64,000 nt of DNA from assembly GCA_963755915.1 (NCBI GenBank), contig CAVWLP010000002.1, positions 4,064,001 through 4,128,000 on the forward strand. The letters are read 5' to 3'. The translations under genes were made by a program, and so were the position numbers. Below the pieces are notes generated by a model that was not told the origin of the DNA, did not search any database, and worked only from the letters and a program-made list of their open reading frames with translations. The stretch is from an uncultured Phycisphaerales bacterium. Lineage in GTDB: Bacteria > Planctomycetota > Phycisphaerae > Tepidisphaerales > Tepidisphaeraceae. Shown here piece after piece: positions 32,039-43,758 of the stretch; the first letter of the stretch is position 1; each line of letters begins with the position of its first letter.

Positions 32039-34681
32039 AGGCACATCAAAGGAGTATCTCCCCGCCCTCACCTCAAATGTCGCCTTTTCGACCAGGCGCA
32101 CTCCCTCCGACTGCGTGGCGGGCTTACCGCTTTCCGTAATCCCACCCGTGTCGCTGGTCGGAATGTCCAGGAGCGCCGACGTATTGGCAGGAATCAGAAT
32201 CTCCAGCCGCATCCGTCCGTTCTCAATCCACCACTCGCTTTCAATTCTCCCGCTTATCGATTCCAGCGCCCCACGAGCCCAGGATAAACCTCCACCCGGC
32301 CTCGGCCGTATCACAATTCGCTTATATCCCGCCTCGCGCACATCAAGATCGATTCCCGCGATCGTTGAATACATCCAATCCCCGATCGCCCCGTACGCAT
32401 AATGGTTGAACGAGTTCATCCCCGTATCGTTGAACCCCTTGTCGTGCGTCCAGGCGTCCCATCGCTCCCACATCGTCGTCGCCCCCTGCGTGATCGGATA
32501 CAGCCACGACGGAAACGTCCGCTGGTTCAGCAGCGCATATGCGACGTCCATCCGTCCGGCTTTTGCCAGTACGTGATTCAAATACGGCGTCCCCACGAAT
32601 CCCGTCGAGAGATGCATCCCCCGCGATTCAATGTCCGCCACCAGCGCCTCAACTATTTTCTCCCTCAGCTCGACCGGCAGCAGATCAAAATGCAGCGCCA
32701 GCACAAACGCCGTCTGCGTTTTCACCGTCAGCGCCCCGTCGGATTTTATAAACCGCCCCCGCCAGGCGCTTCGCACCTTTTCAAACAGCGACGAATATTT
32801 CTCCGCGTCGTCGTTTTTACCGACAACACGCGCAATCTCCGACATCAGCTGCGCGCGCATGCGCATAAAACGCGGTCCCGATCAGATCCGCCGGCGTCTC
32901 CGCGTCGATGTTCAGCCAATCCCCATACCCCTTCCACTTCCAATGCTCGTCGGCACGGATGAAGTTGACGCTCTTCTCCTCCAAAAACTTCATAAACCCG
33001 TGCATCATCGGATACCGCGTCCGCAAAATCCGTTCGTCCCCATAGCAGCGGTAAATCGTCCAAGGGCAGATAATGGCCGCGTCCGCCCACGCCGGCCCTC
33101 CTTCGCCGTAGATGCTTTCGACATGCGGCACCACCGACGGAATTCGCCCATCCTCCCCTTGCGAATCCGCCACGTCCTGCAGCCATTTCGTAAAAAAATT
33201 GGCCACGTCCATGTTGAACGCCGCCGTCCGTATGAACACCTGCGCATCCCCCGTCCATCCCAACCGCTCGTCGCGCTGCGGACAATCCGTAGGAATATCC
33301 AGGAAATTCCCCCGCTGGCTCCAGACGATATTGCTCTGCAGCTTGTTGATCATCGCGTCGGAACATTCGAACAATCCTGTCGCCGCCATGTCCGAGTGCA
33401 GCACAATTCCGGTCACGTCATCAACCGTTGGCGTCCCCGGATAATCTCGTAGCTCCAAATACCGAAACCCATGAAACGTAAATCGCGGCTCGAAAATCTC
33501 GTCGCCGCCCCCCTTGGTCGTGTAATGATCCGTCGCCCGCGCGCTCCGCAGCGCCAGCGTATAAGGCTTCCCATCCTTGTCGAGCATCTCCGTATATCTG
33601 AGATCGATTACCTGTCCGGCCGACCCGCGCACTTTCATCCGCACCCGCCCCACGATGTTCTGCCCGAAATCGAAAAGCCACCGCCTCCCATTTGCCGACT
33701 TGACTGGCGGCGCGATCGGCTTCACCTCCATCACTCGTCGAATCGCCGGCGCCCGTCGCGCCACGATCTCGATTCCCGGATCCTCAAATTCCAGCGCCGC
33801 CTGCCAGCGCGAATCCTCAAATCCAGCCGAACTCCATCCCGCAATTTCCAAGCGCGCGTCGTAATCCTCCCCCATCAGCATGTCCGAAGACCGGATCGGC
33901 CCTTCGGAAGCTTTCCAGCTCTTGTCCGTAACGATCGTCTCCGAAGTTCCATCCGCAAATTGGATTTCCAACTGCCCCAGCAGCCGCGGCCGATCCCCAT
34001 AAGTCTGCCGCGGATCGCTATGAAGATGCCCGCAATACCACCCATCCCCGAGAATCGCCCCGCACGCATTTTTCCCGCTTTTCAGCAGCGCGGTCACATC
34101 ATAAACGTCATACGGCACCCGCTTACGATATTCCGTCCGACCCGGCGCAAAATCGAATCGCCCACGCGCGATCCGTTGATTTCCAATTCATGTATTCCCA
34201 GTGCCGTCACATAAAGCCGCGCCCGCTCCACTGGCTTGGCAATCTCGAATTCCTTCCGCAGATACGGCGCCGGCGGAATCGAATAAGGTCCGCCCGAAAT
34301 CGCCGAACCAATCCACTTTCCCTTCCATCCTTCGCCCCCCAATCCCATTTCCCACCAAGCCGCCTCGCTCCACGCCGATGGTTCGCCCCGCCCATCCCAC
34401 GCGCGAACCTTCCAGAAATACCGCTGCCGCGACCTAAGCGCTTTGCCCCCATATTCCACTTGAATCGATCGATCCGACTCGACCCTCCCCGAATTCCACA
34501 AATCCGGCGAAGAATCCAGCGCCCCAATCGAAGAACCCACCCACACTTCGTAAGCCGATTGCACCGCCCCGCGCCGAGCGTCATTCACCCGCCACGAAAG
34601 CCGCGGCCGTAATTCGTCGATTCCCAGAGGATTATCTTCATATTCACAGCGCAGATGCGTCGGATTCGAGGCGGTATTCAT
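32006..34681 (-). CDS. GH78 alpha-L-rhamnosidase (second copy; frameshifts ~34145, ~32860)
   Basis: 'LRCEYEDNPLGIDELRPRLSW', 'DFGQNIVG', 'FTFHGFRY', 'IPTDCPQRDERLGWTGDAQVF', 'STGFVGT', 'GATTMWERW...MNSFNHYAYG'. Confidence 0.92.
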
Positions 34682-34708
34682 GTGTGACAATGATCTTACC
34701 CTCACCGT

Positions 34709-36412
34709 TCATTGCGCGGCAGGCTGCGTGGTTGCTTGGTTGGAATCCAGAGGATTGACGTCATTCTTCAAATCCTTCCAATCCACCTTCTTCGTCGGGT
34801 CCAGGCCGTCGAGATATTTTTCGATATTCGTATATCCGTCCCCATTGCAATCTTCGCTCGCCAGATTCGGATCATGAATATCCAGTCCATATTTCTTCTT
34901 CCACCAATCCGGAATCCCGTCGTTTTCCGAATAAACGGCGGGGGGGCCGCTCTTATATTGTGGATATCCTCCAACCTGGCTGATATCCGTAATGATCCCC
35001 TTCCCCGCCTCATATTCCACCGTCCCCGTGCGCGTCTGCTTGACCGCGCGCTCATCAACCGGGTCGCGCACCGGCAGCGTCGCCCCCGCCCCGTTCAGCA
35101 CCGACTCATACGCCTCTTGCGCCGGCTGGATTGTCACCGGCGCCATGGGAAACGGATGATCCACCCTGATCTGGGCCATCAGCTTCGCTTGTTCATCCGG
35201 CTCCAGATCATCCGCCGACGTCACGTGCGTCAGCGCGAATTGCACGCCGTCGTCCCAATTGTCCGCATTGATCTTGTCGTATCCAACCACGTAATTCCCC
35301 GCCACATACCATTTTCCAAACCGCGGCGTCATATCCGGATGCCGCTTCCAAGCCTGAATCAGCGCCACGCGATAATGCACCGGATCGTCATGCGTCGCCG
35401 GACCAGGCTTGTAATAGTTCCCAATCACGTTCACCCGCGACGTATCGTCCCCTCCGTCCAGAGTCCGATGCTGCCAGTTGAAAATCACGTTGTTGATGAA
35501 ATTAAAATCATATCCCATCCCGATGCTCGCATTGCGCGCCGTGTTGCAAGCCATCAGGTTGTGATGAAACGTCGAATTGCGCCCGCCCCACGTTCCCCCG
35601 AACGCGTGCCCATATTTATTGATTCCCTCGGTAATGATCGACCACTGGATCGTCAGGTTGAAGGTCGGCAGCTTCAGCCTCGTGTTTCTATCCCCCGGCA
35701 CCACTTCATACATTTGCCGGTACATCGAAAGCGTTTCATCCAATCCCCAACTGCACGAGCAATGATCCACGATCACGTTCCCGATCGGATCGCCCCCCAA
35801 GGCATCGTCCCGGTTGAACACATCCGTAATCCCTCGCCGAAATCGCATATAGCGAATGACTGCATCATGCGTGTTCACCTCTGTCGTCTGCCCCGCCACG
35901 CAAACGCCGTCGCCCGGCGCGGTATGCCCGTCGATCGTGATATACGGTGCCCGGATATCCAGCGGACGCTTCAGATGAATAATCCCCGCCACATTGAACA
36001 CCACGATGCGCGGCCCCGCCGCGTCACACGCCTCCCGAAGCGTCCCCGGCCCGCTGTCCTCAAGGCTCGTCACCACGAAAACTCTGCCGCCACGCCCCCC
36101 AAACGTATACATCCCTCCTCCTTCGGCTCCCGGAAACGCCGGAATGTCCGCCTGCGGCAAATCCTCGCATTGCAACACTTTGGCAACATAGATCTTCCCC
36201 TTCTTCTCCCACGCCTCCAGTTCAGGCTGGATCTTCTGCCAGTTTTCGTCCGACAAACGGTCCCATTCTTCCTCATTGGCCTCGGCTTGCGCCGCGCCCT
36301 GCGGATCCTTCTTGGCCGCGCTGATCGCCAGAGGATCGCTCGCCAGCGTTATCCTGCCCGGAATCCACCACAACACCAACGACGCTATCGCCAACCAGAT
36401 ATGTTTTCGCAT
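34709..36412 (-). CDS. PL1 pectate lyase (PL1_2/BT1023-like), secreted
   Basis: Signal peptide from ATG 36412; 'IPAFPGAEGGG..TFGGRGG.V.VVTSLEDSGPGTLREA', 'VDHCSCSW', 'NYYKPGP', C-terminal 'DGIPDWW...DCNGDGYTNIEKYL'. Confidence 0.9.
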   Translation of the reverse strand: MRKHIWLAIASLVLWWIPGRITLASDPLAISAAKKDPQGAAQAEANEEEWDRLSDENWQKIQPELEAWEKKGKIYVAKVLQCEDLPQADIPAFPGAEGGGMYTFGGRGGRVFVVTSLEDSGPGTLREACDAAGPRIVVFNVAGIIHLKRPLDIRAPYITIDGHTAPGDGVCVAGQTTEVNTHDAVIRYMRFRRGITDVFNRDDALGGDPIGNVIVDHCSCSWGLDETLSMYRQMYEVVPGDRNTRLKLPTFNLTIQWSIITEGINKYGHAFGGTWGGRNSTFHHNLMACNTARNASIGMGYDFNFINNVIFNWQHRTLDGGDDTSRVNVIGNYYKPGPATHDDPVHYRVALIQAWKRHPDMTPRFGKWYVAGNYVVGYDKINADNWDDGVQFALTHVTSADDLEPDEQAKLMAQIRVDHPFPMAPVTIQPAQEAYESVLNGAGATLPVRDPVDERAVKQTRTGTVEYEAGKGIITDISQVGGYPQYKSGPPAVYSENDGIPDWWKKKYGLDIHDPNLASEDCNGDGYTNIEKYLDGLDPTKKVDWKDLKNDVNPLDSNQATTQPAAQ

Positions 36413-36422
36413 CGACCCGCCC

Positions 36423-37125
36423 TTATTCGTCTGACGCGCCCGCAGGCTGGGAGGCCGCCCCCGCTTGTTTCGCCTTCTGGGCCGCCCCCCAATCTTTGTA
36501 CGCCTGTGCCACATTATGCCCGTGTGAAGTTAAAAAGATATTGATCCTGCCCTTATATTTTTTGAAGATCGCGATCCGCTCGGTTTTGCTCCCGCTGTCG
36601 ATCGCCTCGTCTCGAGCCTGCTCAAGCATCGTGGCAACCATCGCCTTCTCCTCCTCCGTCAGGTTCGGAACGATCATCGGATAATTCCGCAGCGTTGCCG
36701 TCATCTGCCCGCCTGTCATCTTCTCTTTCACCGTATCGATCTGCTCCGGCGTAAGCTCAGCCGAAAGGGCCGCGATGAAATGGTCATGAAGGCCCTGATA
36801 CGACGCCTGGATTTCTTTCGCCTGCGCCGAATCCGGACGCGTCGTCGAAAGCGCCTTCCTCGCCGCGTCGTTGGCAACGTGCCATGCCCGAATCGCCCGA
36901 TACTGCGCAACCAAAACTCCTTGAACCCGTTCCGTCTTCGCCGCATCGTCCAGATGCAGCGCCGCCACCACCGATGTGGCACGCCTCTGGTACGACGCCT
37001 CAGCCGAATCCACCCCTTCCGATCCGCTTTGAACCGCCGGCTCCGTTGTGGCCGCGCCGCGCGGGTAGCACACTCCACACTGCCCCCGCAAGCAGCGCCG
37101 CAAAAACGACGAACGACCTGGTCAT
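36423..37125 (-). CDS. DUF3826 family secreted protein (N-terminal frameshift ~37060)
   Basis: 'LHDHFIAALSAELTPEQIDTVKEKMT...VPNLTEEEK...ARDEAIDSGS...FKKYKGRINIFL'. ATG 37125 gives the signal peptide MTRSFVVFAALLAGAVWS in another frame. Confidence 0.8.
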
Positions 37126-37275
37126 CTCTTTCTCGAATACACTCTGGTTTGACGCGAATCCCACGCCACTCGCAATTGCCCTGGCTCCTTGAATTTAGCA
37201 GCTTGCCCACCAACCGAGAATTGCAAACGTGCGTAAACATGTTGCAATCTCGCGCAGCAATTCGACTCCCGTCTT

Positions 37276-37329
37276 CGTGTAGCCGGCGAGCTTGCTCGCC
37301 GCGAGCAACGTCGAACGGCTCGCCGATCC
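37276..37329. repeat. 54-bp GTAG-hairpin REP-like element, copy 1
   Basis: cgtGTAGc-cggcgagc-tt-gctcgccg-cgagcaacgtcgaacggctcgccgatcc; matches 38744..38797 with one mismatch. Confidence 0.85.
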
Positions 37330-37353
37330 TCCCCAAATCCCGACGAATCGCCC

Positions 37354-38675
37354 CTACCGCCCCTCACCCAAACCCATCCCCTCCACCGTAGAATCAAAAA
37401 TCTCCGGCGCCGCCTCCGATTCCGCACGAATCCTGCAGTTCACAAACCGAATCCCCCGCACCCGAACGATCTGCATCGGATTCTGCGCCGATATCCGCAC
37501 GTTCGTCAAAACCACATCCTCAATCGGCATCTCCGGCAACCCGATGAATCGCCCCGCGTTCACACCGTCTTCCGACACCACATTGCTGATCCGCAGATGC
37601 CGCCAGATCGGCGTCTTGTGCGTGATCGGCTCGCCCGCATCTTGCTGGGGATACTCCGGAACCTGCGGATAATAGCTCACGATATCAATCGCCGTTTTCA
37701 CCCGTTTCATCGACAGGTTTTCGTACGTCAGGTTCTCGACCAATCCTCCCCGGTCGCGATCTGATTTAAGCCGAATTCCCGCATCCGTATCCTCAAACCG
37801 GCAATCCCGAACCACCATGTTGCGCACCCCCCCGTTCGATCCTCCCCCGATCGACATCCCATGCCCATGCAGAAACGCGCAATCCTCGATCAGAATATTC
37901 TCGCACGAAAGATGCTCCAGATCCTCGATCGGCCGCGGCTTGATCGCGATGTCGTCATCCCCCGTGTCGATCGTGCAATTGTCGATCAGAATATCGAAAC
38001 CCGACGGGTCGATCCCGTCCGTATTCGGCGAATCCGCTGGCGATTTGATATGGATCGAATCGATCGTCACCTCCCGGCAAAGCCGCGGCACCAGCGTCAG
38101 CATCGGTGAATTCGCCAGCGTCACCCCCTGAAACATCACCCGCTCGCAGTTCGTCAGCATGATCATCCACGGCCGGTGCGGCGGCGCGATGCCCGTAAGA
38201 CCGTTCTTAAAACCCAGAAACTCCTTCCACCACGACTTCCCTTGTCCGTCAATCGTGCCGCTGCCGGTTATTTCCAGATCGTGACAGTCCGAAGCCGTTA
38301 TGCAGTTTTCAAAACCATCCCCGCTCCGTTTGAAATCCGTCCGCCGATCGCTGATCAGGATCGTCGCCCCCGCCGCCAGATGCAGGTTCAAATTGCTCGC
38401 CAGCGCGAACGGCCCCGTCAGGAACCGTCCTGCCGGCACTTCCACCGTCCCCCCGCCCGCTTCGCTGCATGCTGAAATCGCCTTGGAAATCGCCCCGGTC
38501 GTCAGCGTCTTGCCGTCCCCCACGGCCCCAAAATCCATAATGTTAAATCGCCGGTCCGGAATCTCCGGCTTCACAACCGAAAATCGCTCGGCAACGTCGC
38601 CTGCGCACACACCGACCCCACCAAGGCGAAACTCCACCACATTCCCGCGAAAAGGAAAATTATCCCGCTTCTCAT
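37354..38675 (-). CDS. GH28 polygalacturonase-like, secreted (frameshift ~38580)
   Basis: 'DFGAVGDG', 'SPNTDGIDP', 'GDDDIAIK', 'GHGMSIG', 'RLKS'. ATG 38675 gives the signal peptide MRSGIIFLFAGMWWSFALVGSVCAQA if one T is restored in a T-run. Confidence 0.9.
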
Positions 38676-38743
38676 GGTCCCGAGAAGTCACATACTACCA
38701 CATCCGCCAAAATGGGACCCCGCAATCCGCCCGCGCTTGTCCC

Positions 38744-38797
38744 CGTGTAGCCGGCGAGCTTGCTCGCCGTGAGCAACGTCGAACGGCTCGCCGATCC
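38744..38797. repeat. 54-bp GTAG-hairpin REP-like element, copy 2
   Basis: Direct repeat of 37276..37329 (53 of 54 positions identical). Confidence 0.85.
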
Positions 38798-38863
38798 CAC
38801 GCCAAGCACCCTCTCCGCCTCACGGACAGCGCCCAAGATATCCCCACCCCCCCCGCGAAATCC

Positions 38864-41555
38864 CTACGCCTTCCTCGCCTTTCGCGACCTCCGGCCCAGC
38901 AGCGCCGCTCCACACACCGCCAGCGCCCAGGGACGCCGGCTCGGGCACCGAAACCACCGCGAATTGGCTGTCATAATCCACGACCGCCCAGGCTGTATCT
39001 CCGGTCGTATCCACGCCCCAGCTACCCAGGTAAAGGCCCAGGTTCGAGTCCGAAATCCCATTCAACGCCGCGAACGATGCGTAGCTGCTCTGCACATCGG
39101 TCTGGGCATCGGCGCCCGTCGCGAGATCCGAGCTCACCGCGTTGCTGAAAGCGACCGATTCCGCGTTGTTGGTTGACGCCAGGAATATGCTGCCCGCATG
39201 TGAGTTGAGCGCCAAGCTTGGCAAGTATGTCATTTGTATAGCGTATGGATCGGTTTGGCCCGATGACCCGCCGCCGATTGTCAATCCCTTCAGGCCCGCC
39301 ACGTCCGATACAAAGTCCGATTGTACCGCCGGCAGATACAGCAGGTCATTCGCATTGACTATGCGCATTTCCATGCTCACGCCCAGTGCCGCACCATTGG
39401 TGACGTTCGATCCCTGCACCAGGTCGATCTTAGTGCCCAGGCCGCCTAGCTCCGTCGCCCCAAGGCCGGCGTAGCTTCCGCCATTGGCAACCGATCGGAT
39501 GATCAGGTTGTCCTTCGTTCCAAACACCGCCGTGTCGCCCAGGAAAACGCCGCTGGACGAATTGTTCGCGATCGAGCCGGTGACGTTCAAGATCGCGCCG
39601 CTGACTCCATTCACCGTCGTTCCGCCCGTATACGTGCTGGTACCGGTCAGATTCAGCGTTCCCGCGACAACATTCAGGGCGACCGTCTTCGTGCTGCCGT
39701 CCTCAATTGTGCCGCCAAAGGTGCTCGACGCAGGAGTTCCCTCAGGGGACGCATATGTGCCGCCCGTGCTTCCGCCCGAGAAAGTAAGGGTCGAATTGCT
39801 CGTCGTACTGCTGTTCGTGATGATTTGGCTCGACGCCGTGGCGCCCGTGCCAGGGGTCAATGTAACGCCCCCGGATGCGATGTTAACGATTGTCGCCGCG
39901 GGGTCGAACGACAACCCCACCAGCAGCGATGGCGTCGATGCTGCACCCTGATTCGCCAGCGAAATAATCGTTCCGCTCTGTCCGGCAATTGTTACGCCCT
40001 CGCCGATGGCCAGGGGGGCATCATACGGAGCATAATTGGTGATCGTCGCCAACGAACTGTTTCCCGCTGCGTTTGAACTCCCCATCGTCCATGCCGCACT
40101 TGCAAAACTTCCCAAGTTCGCACCGTTGACCCCCGGCGCCGGGGCTGATTGAATCGCAAGCCCGGCAACCGTCTGGTTGAACCCCGCGAGGTCCAGCACG
40201 CCGCCCGCATTCTTCGTCGAATCGGTGTCGCCGAACACGACTAGGCCCGGTGTCCCGCCATTGTCCGCCGTCGGAAGCCCTTGCCCGGTCGGCAGTGCGT
40301 TGTTCGTTCCCAGCTTCACGGTGCCCTGTTCGATGTAGGTCGCTCCTTTATAGGTGTTCGCCGGACTGGTCAACGTCAACGACCCGCTTCCGTTATAAGC
40401 CAGGATGCTGTTCACGTACGTCAAGCCCGACTTGGAGCTGCTCGCATCCTCTATCGCGCTGTTGATCACCGTCGCACCCGAACCGCCGATCGTCACGATA
40501 CGGCCCGCATTCGTGCTGCTCAGTGCAAAGGAAGTCGACGCGTTAGCCTGGCCAAAGGTCAGCGTGCTTCCGGATCCTAAATTGTTCGTCAGGAAATTTC
40601 CCGTATTCGCGCCAGTGAAGGTCAGAACCGGACCCCCGCTGACCCCGTTCGCAACGGTAGTGTTGCCCCCGCTGGCATTGAATCCTATGTTCACGTTCGC
40701 CGAGCCGGAGATTGTCTCTCCGTTCTGGGAGAGATCGCCCAGCCCCTGCTGGCCGCCGCCAGACGTGAGCAGTTCGCCGGCGACGTACAAGGGCTCTGTC
40801 ACTTCCAGGTCACCATTGTATGCCAGATTGAGCTGCGCGCTCGATGTGCCCCAATTCCCTGACCCGGCCGTGCTGGAATAGATTCCCGTCACGATGTTCT
40901 TTTGAGCCACCGCCGCTTCGAACCCGCCGCCTATTGTAATCGACGTGCCGTTGAATTGGCTCATGTCCCCTGTAAACACATAAGCCGCCGTATCCGTCGT
41001 GTTTGCGGCGAAGACGGTCTTCACGCTGGTGCTGGTGGCGAGAATCGTCCCGGAAAAACTCATCGTGCCGTCGACATACCATGTCGACGAAGCCGCGACA
41101 ATCGGCGAATCAAACGCTTCATTGGCATTGACCAGCGTGCCGGTGTCCGCCCCATTGGCTCCGACCGTCAGCGTGTCAGTTCCATTGATCGTATAGCCCG
41201 AAGTGTTGAACGTAATTCCGGTCGCGGTAACGTTTCCATCAACAGTAATGGTCCCGACTGTGCCCCCGATGATCGCCTGATCCGTCGAATAAGCCACGTC
41301 GCCCGGCCCCGTCCCGTTAAACCAAACTGTATTTGTCGCAATTGAATCCCAGTTTCCCGACCCACCGCCCGACTCGGAGCCGCTAAAGCCCGGATCCCAC
41401 CACAAAGTCGCCATGGCTGATTGGGTTCTGGCAATCAACGGCGCAATCGCCGCTGCGCCCACCAGAGCAATCGTTGCCTTGCGGCTCTTAAACAACGATC
41501 CCTTTGAATAACCGCGATTATCTGACGACCCGCCCACAACATGCGACTTGCTCAT
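38864..41555 (-). CDS. Large PEP-CTERM surface protein with autotransporter-associated beta-strand repeats (frameshift ~38925)
   Basis: G/S/T/N-rich; repeats 'GSGSLTLT..NTYKGATYIEQGTV' and 'GTLNLTGTSTYTGGTTVN'. 'VPEPASLG' continues in another frame as 'LAVCGAALLGRRSRKARKA*'. Confidence 0.85.
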
Positions 41556-41927
41556 TTTTCCTCTCCGTTTACCAACTAACCCAAACCCTTGACCCTTTTG
41601 TTACTGCCCCCGCTAAAGAGGCGGCAAAGGCCAAAGCCGGTTATTTCGATGTGCAACCGACCTTGCAACCAATATACTAGCCTTTCCTAATAAATCCAGA
41701 GAATTATATTTTTTAACCCTATAATCCAGCGATAATTGCATATTCGCGCCGCGAGATTGCGAAATTGCGCACGCAACCGCTGAGTCGCAAAATCCGCCAC
41801 CTAAATCGCGATTGTAGAGTCCCCTCCAAAACCAATTCACCGCGCTACACCATCCACCAACACTTCGCGGGTCCTTTTCGACGCCATGTTTTTCAATTGA
41901 GTCCCCTGCGATGCGCCAAACTGCCGA

Positions 41928-43688
41928 TTATTTCGTCCCCTCACCCGTCAAAACCTCCCCGGAAACGTGGTCAACATTGTTCCTCGGATCGCTCCAATCC
42001 ACCTTCTGCGTCGGGTCCAAGCCATCCAGGTACTTCTCGATATTCGTATACCCATCCCCATTGCAGTCCTCGTTCGCCAAATTCGGGTCATTTAAATCCA
42101 GCCCATACTTCGTCTTCCACCAATCTGGAATCCCATCCTGCCGCGGGTAATTCTCAGGCCCACCCTTGTACTGCGGGTACCCGCCCACCTGGCTGATGTC
42201 CGTGATGATCCCGTTTCCCGCCGAGCCGATGTTGTTCTTCGCCAGCCCTTTCATCGGCTTTATCGCAATCTCCTCCCCCATTCCCCACGTCCTTCCCGTT
42301 GTCACCTCTTTCACGATCCGATCATCGATCGAATCCCGCCTCGGCAACGTCGCCCCCGCATTCGCCAGCACCGAAGTATACGCATCTTGCGCACTTTGAA
42401 TTCTCACCGGCGCCATCGGAAACGGCTCCTCCACCTTCACCTTGCCGATGATCCCTTTGATCTCCTCCGGATCCTCAATCGCCCCCTTCGCGATCGAACC
42501 ATCCGCGTCCGGGTCCGGAGCCTTGCTGAACTGGATTCCCCCATCCCAATTATCCGCTGTCACCCGCGCGTTTCCCTCCACGTAGTTCCCCGACGCATAC
42601 ACCTTCCCCCACCGGCTCACCGGGTTCGATTTCGACCAGCTCTCCGCCGGCTCCAAAATCCGGTACCGCAGCGGACTATCCGGCGTCACCGGCCCAGGCT
42701 TGTAGTAGTTATTGATCATATTAATCCGGCTATTCTCATCCCCCCCGTCCACCGTTCGGTATCGCCAGTTAAACAGCACATTGTTCACGAAATTAAAGTC
42801 ATAGCTCATCGCGATGCTCGGATTTCGCCCCGTGTTGCACGCAATCAGGTTGTGATGAAACGTCGTATTCCGCCCGCCCCAATCACCCCCAAACGCGTGG
42901 TTCCACGTGTTCAGCGCTTCGCTGGTGATGCACCATTGAATCGTCACGTTCACCGTCGGCAGCTTCAGCGCCGGACCGCCGTTCGGAGGCTGATACATGT
43001 GCCGGTAAGTGTCCAGATTCTGGTCCGATCCCCAGCGCGCGGAAATATGATCCAGCACGATATTCCCAACCGGATTCCCATAGTGCGTCCCATGCCGGTT
43101 GAATATGTCGCTCGTCCCGCGCCGCAAACGCAGATACCGAATCACCACATCATGCGCATTGTCCTCGATTCCCTGATCCGCGATGCAAATCCCATCCCCC
43201 GGCGCCGTTTGTCCCGCGATCGTAATGTACGGCGCCTCGATAAAAACCGGCATCTTCAAATGAATAATCCCCGCCACCGCAAAAACCACGATCCGCGGCC
43301 CGGCCGCCTCGCACGCCTCCCGCAGCGTCCCCGGCCCCGAATCGTCCAAACTCGTCACCACATAAACTTTCCCCCCGCGCCCCCCAAAGCTAAACCGCCC
43401 CCCTCCCTCCGCCCCCGGAAATGCCGGGATCTTCGCCTGTGGCAAATCCTCCGGCTTCGACGCCCACGGAATAAACGGCTTGCCTTTCTTCGCCCAATCC
43501 GCCAGCTCCGGCGCAATCTTCGCCAGCACTTCCTTCTCGTGCTCGTCATAACTCTCCAGCCGCGCCTGCACGTCCGGCGGCGCCACCGGCCAGTTCTCCC
43601 GCGCCAACCCCACCCCCAACCCCAACCACGCCGCCATCGCCATCCCCACAAACACCGCCACTCTCATCAGAAACAATCGCCTGATCAT
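41928..43688 (-). CDS. PL1 pectate lyase (paralog of 34709..36412), secreted
   Basis: Signal peptide and the same motifs: 'IPAFPGAEGGG.FSFGGRGG', 'NYYKPGP', 'DCNGDGYTNIEKYLDGLDP'. Confidence 0.9.
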   Translation of the reverse strand: MIRRLFLMRVAVFVGMAMAAWLGLGVGLARENWPVAPPDVQARLESYDEHEKEVLAKIAPELADWAKKGKPFIPWASKPEDLPQAKIPAFPGAEGGGRFSFGGRGGKVYVVTSLDDSGPGTLREACEAAGPRIVVFAVAGIIHLKMPVFIEAPYITIAGQTAPGDGICIADQGIEDNAHDVVIRYLRLRRGTSDIFNRHGTHYGNPVGNIVLDHISARWGSDQNLDTYRHMYQPPNGGPALKLPTVNVTIQWCITSEALNTWNHAFGGDWGGRNTTFHHNLIACNTGRNPSIAMSYDFNFVNNVLFNWRYRTVDGGDENSRINMINNYYKPGPVTPDSPLRYRILEPAESWSKSNPVSRWGKVYASGNYVEGNARVTADNWDGGIQFSKAPDPDADGSIAKGAIEDPEEIKGIIGKVKVEEPFPMAPVRIQSAQDAYTSVLANAGATLPRRDSIDDRIVKEVTTGRTWGMGEEIAIKPMKGLAKNNIGSAGNGIITDISQVGGYPQYKGGPENYPRQDGIPDWWKTKYGLDLNDPNLANEDCNGDGYTNIEKYLDGLDPTQKVDWSDPRNNVDHVSGEVLTGEGTK

Positions 43689-43758
43689 TTTTCACTCCGA
43701 AACCGCCCCCTCGTTTCGAGCATATAACTTCGCACCCCTCCGCTGGCAACCTCCAAAT

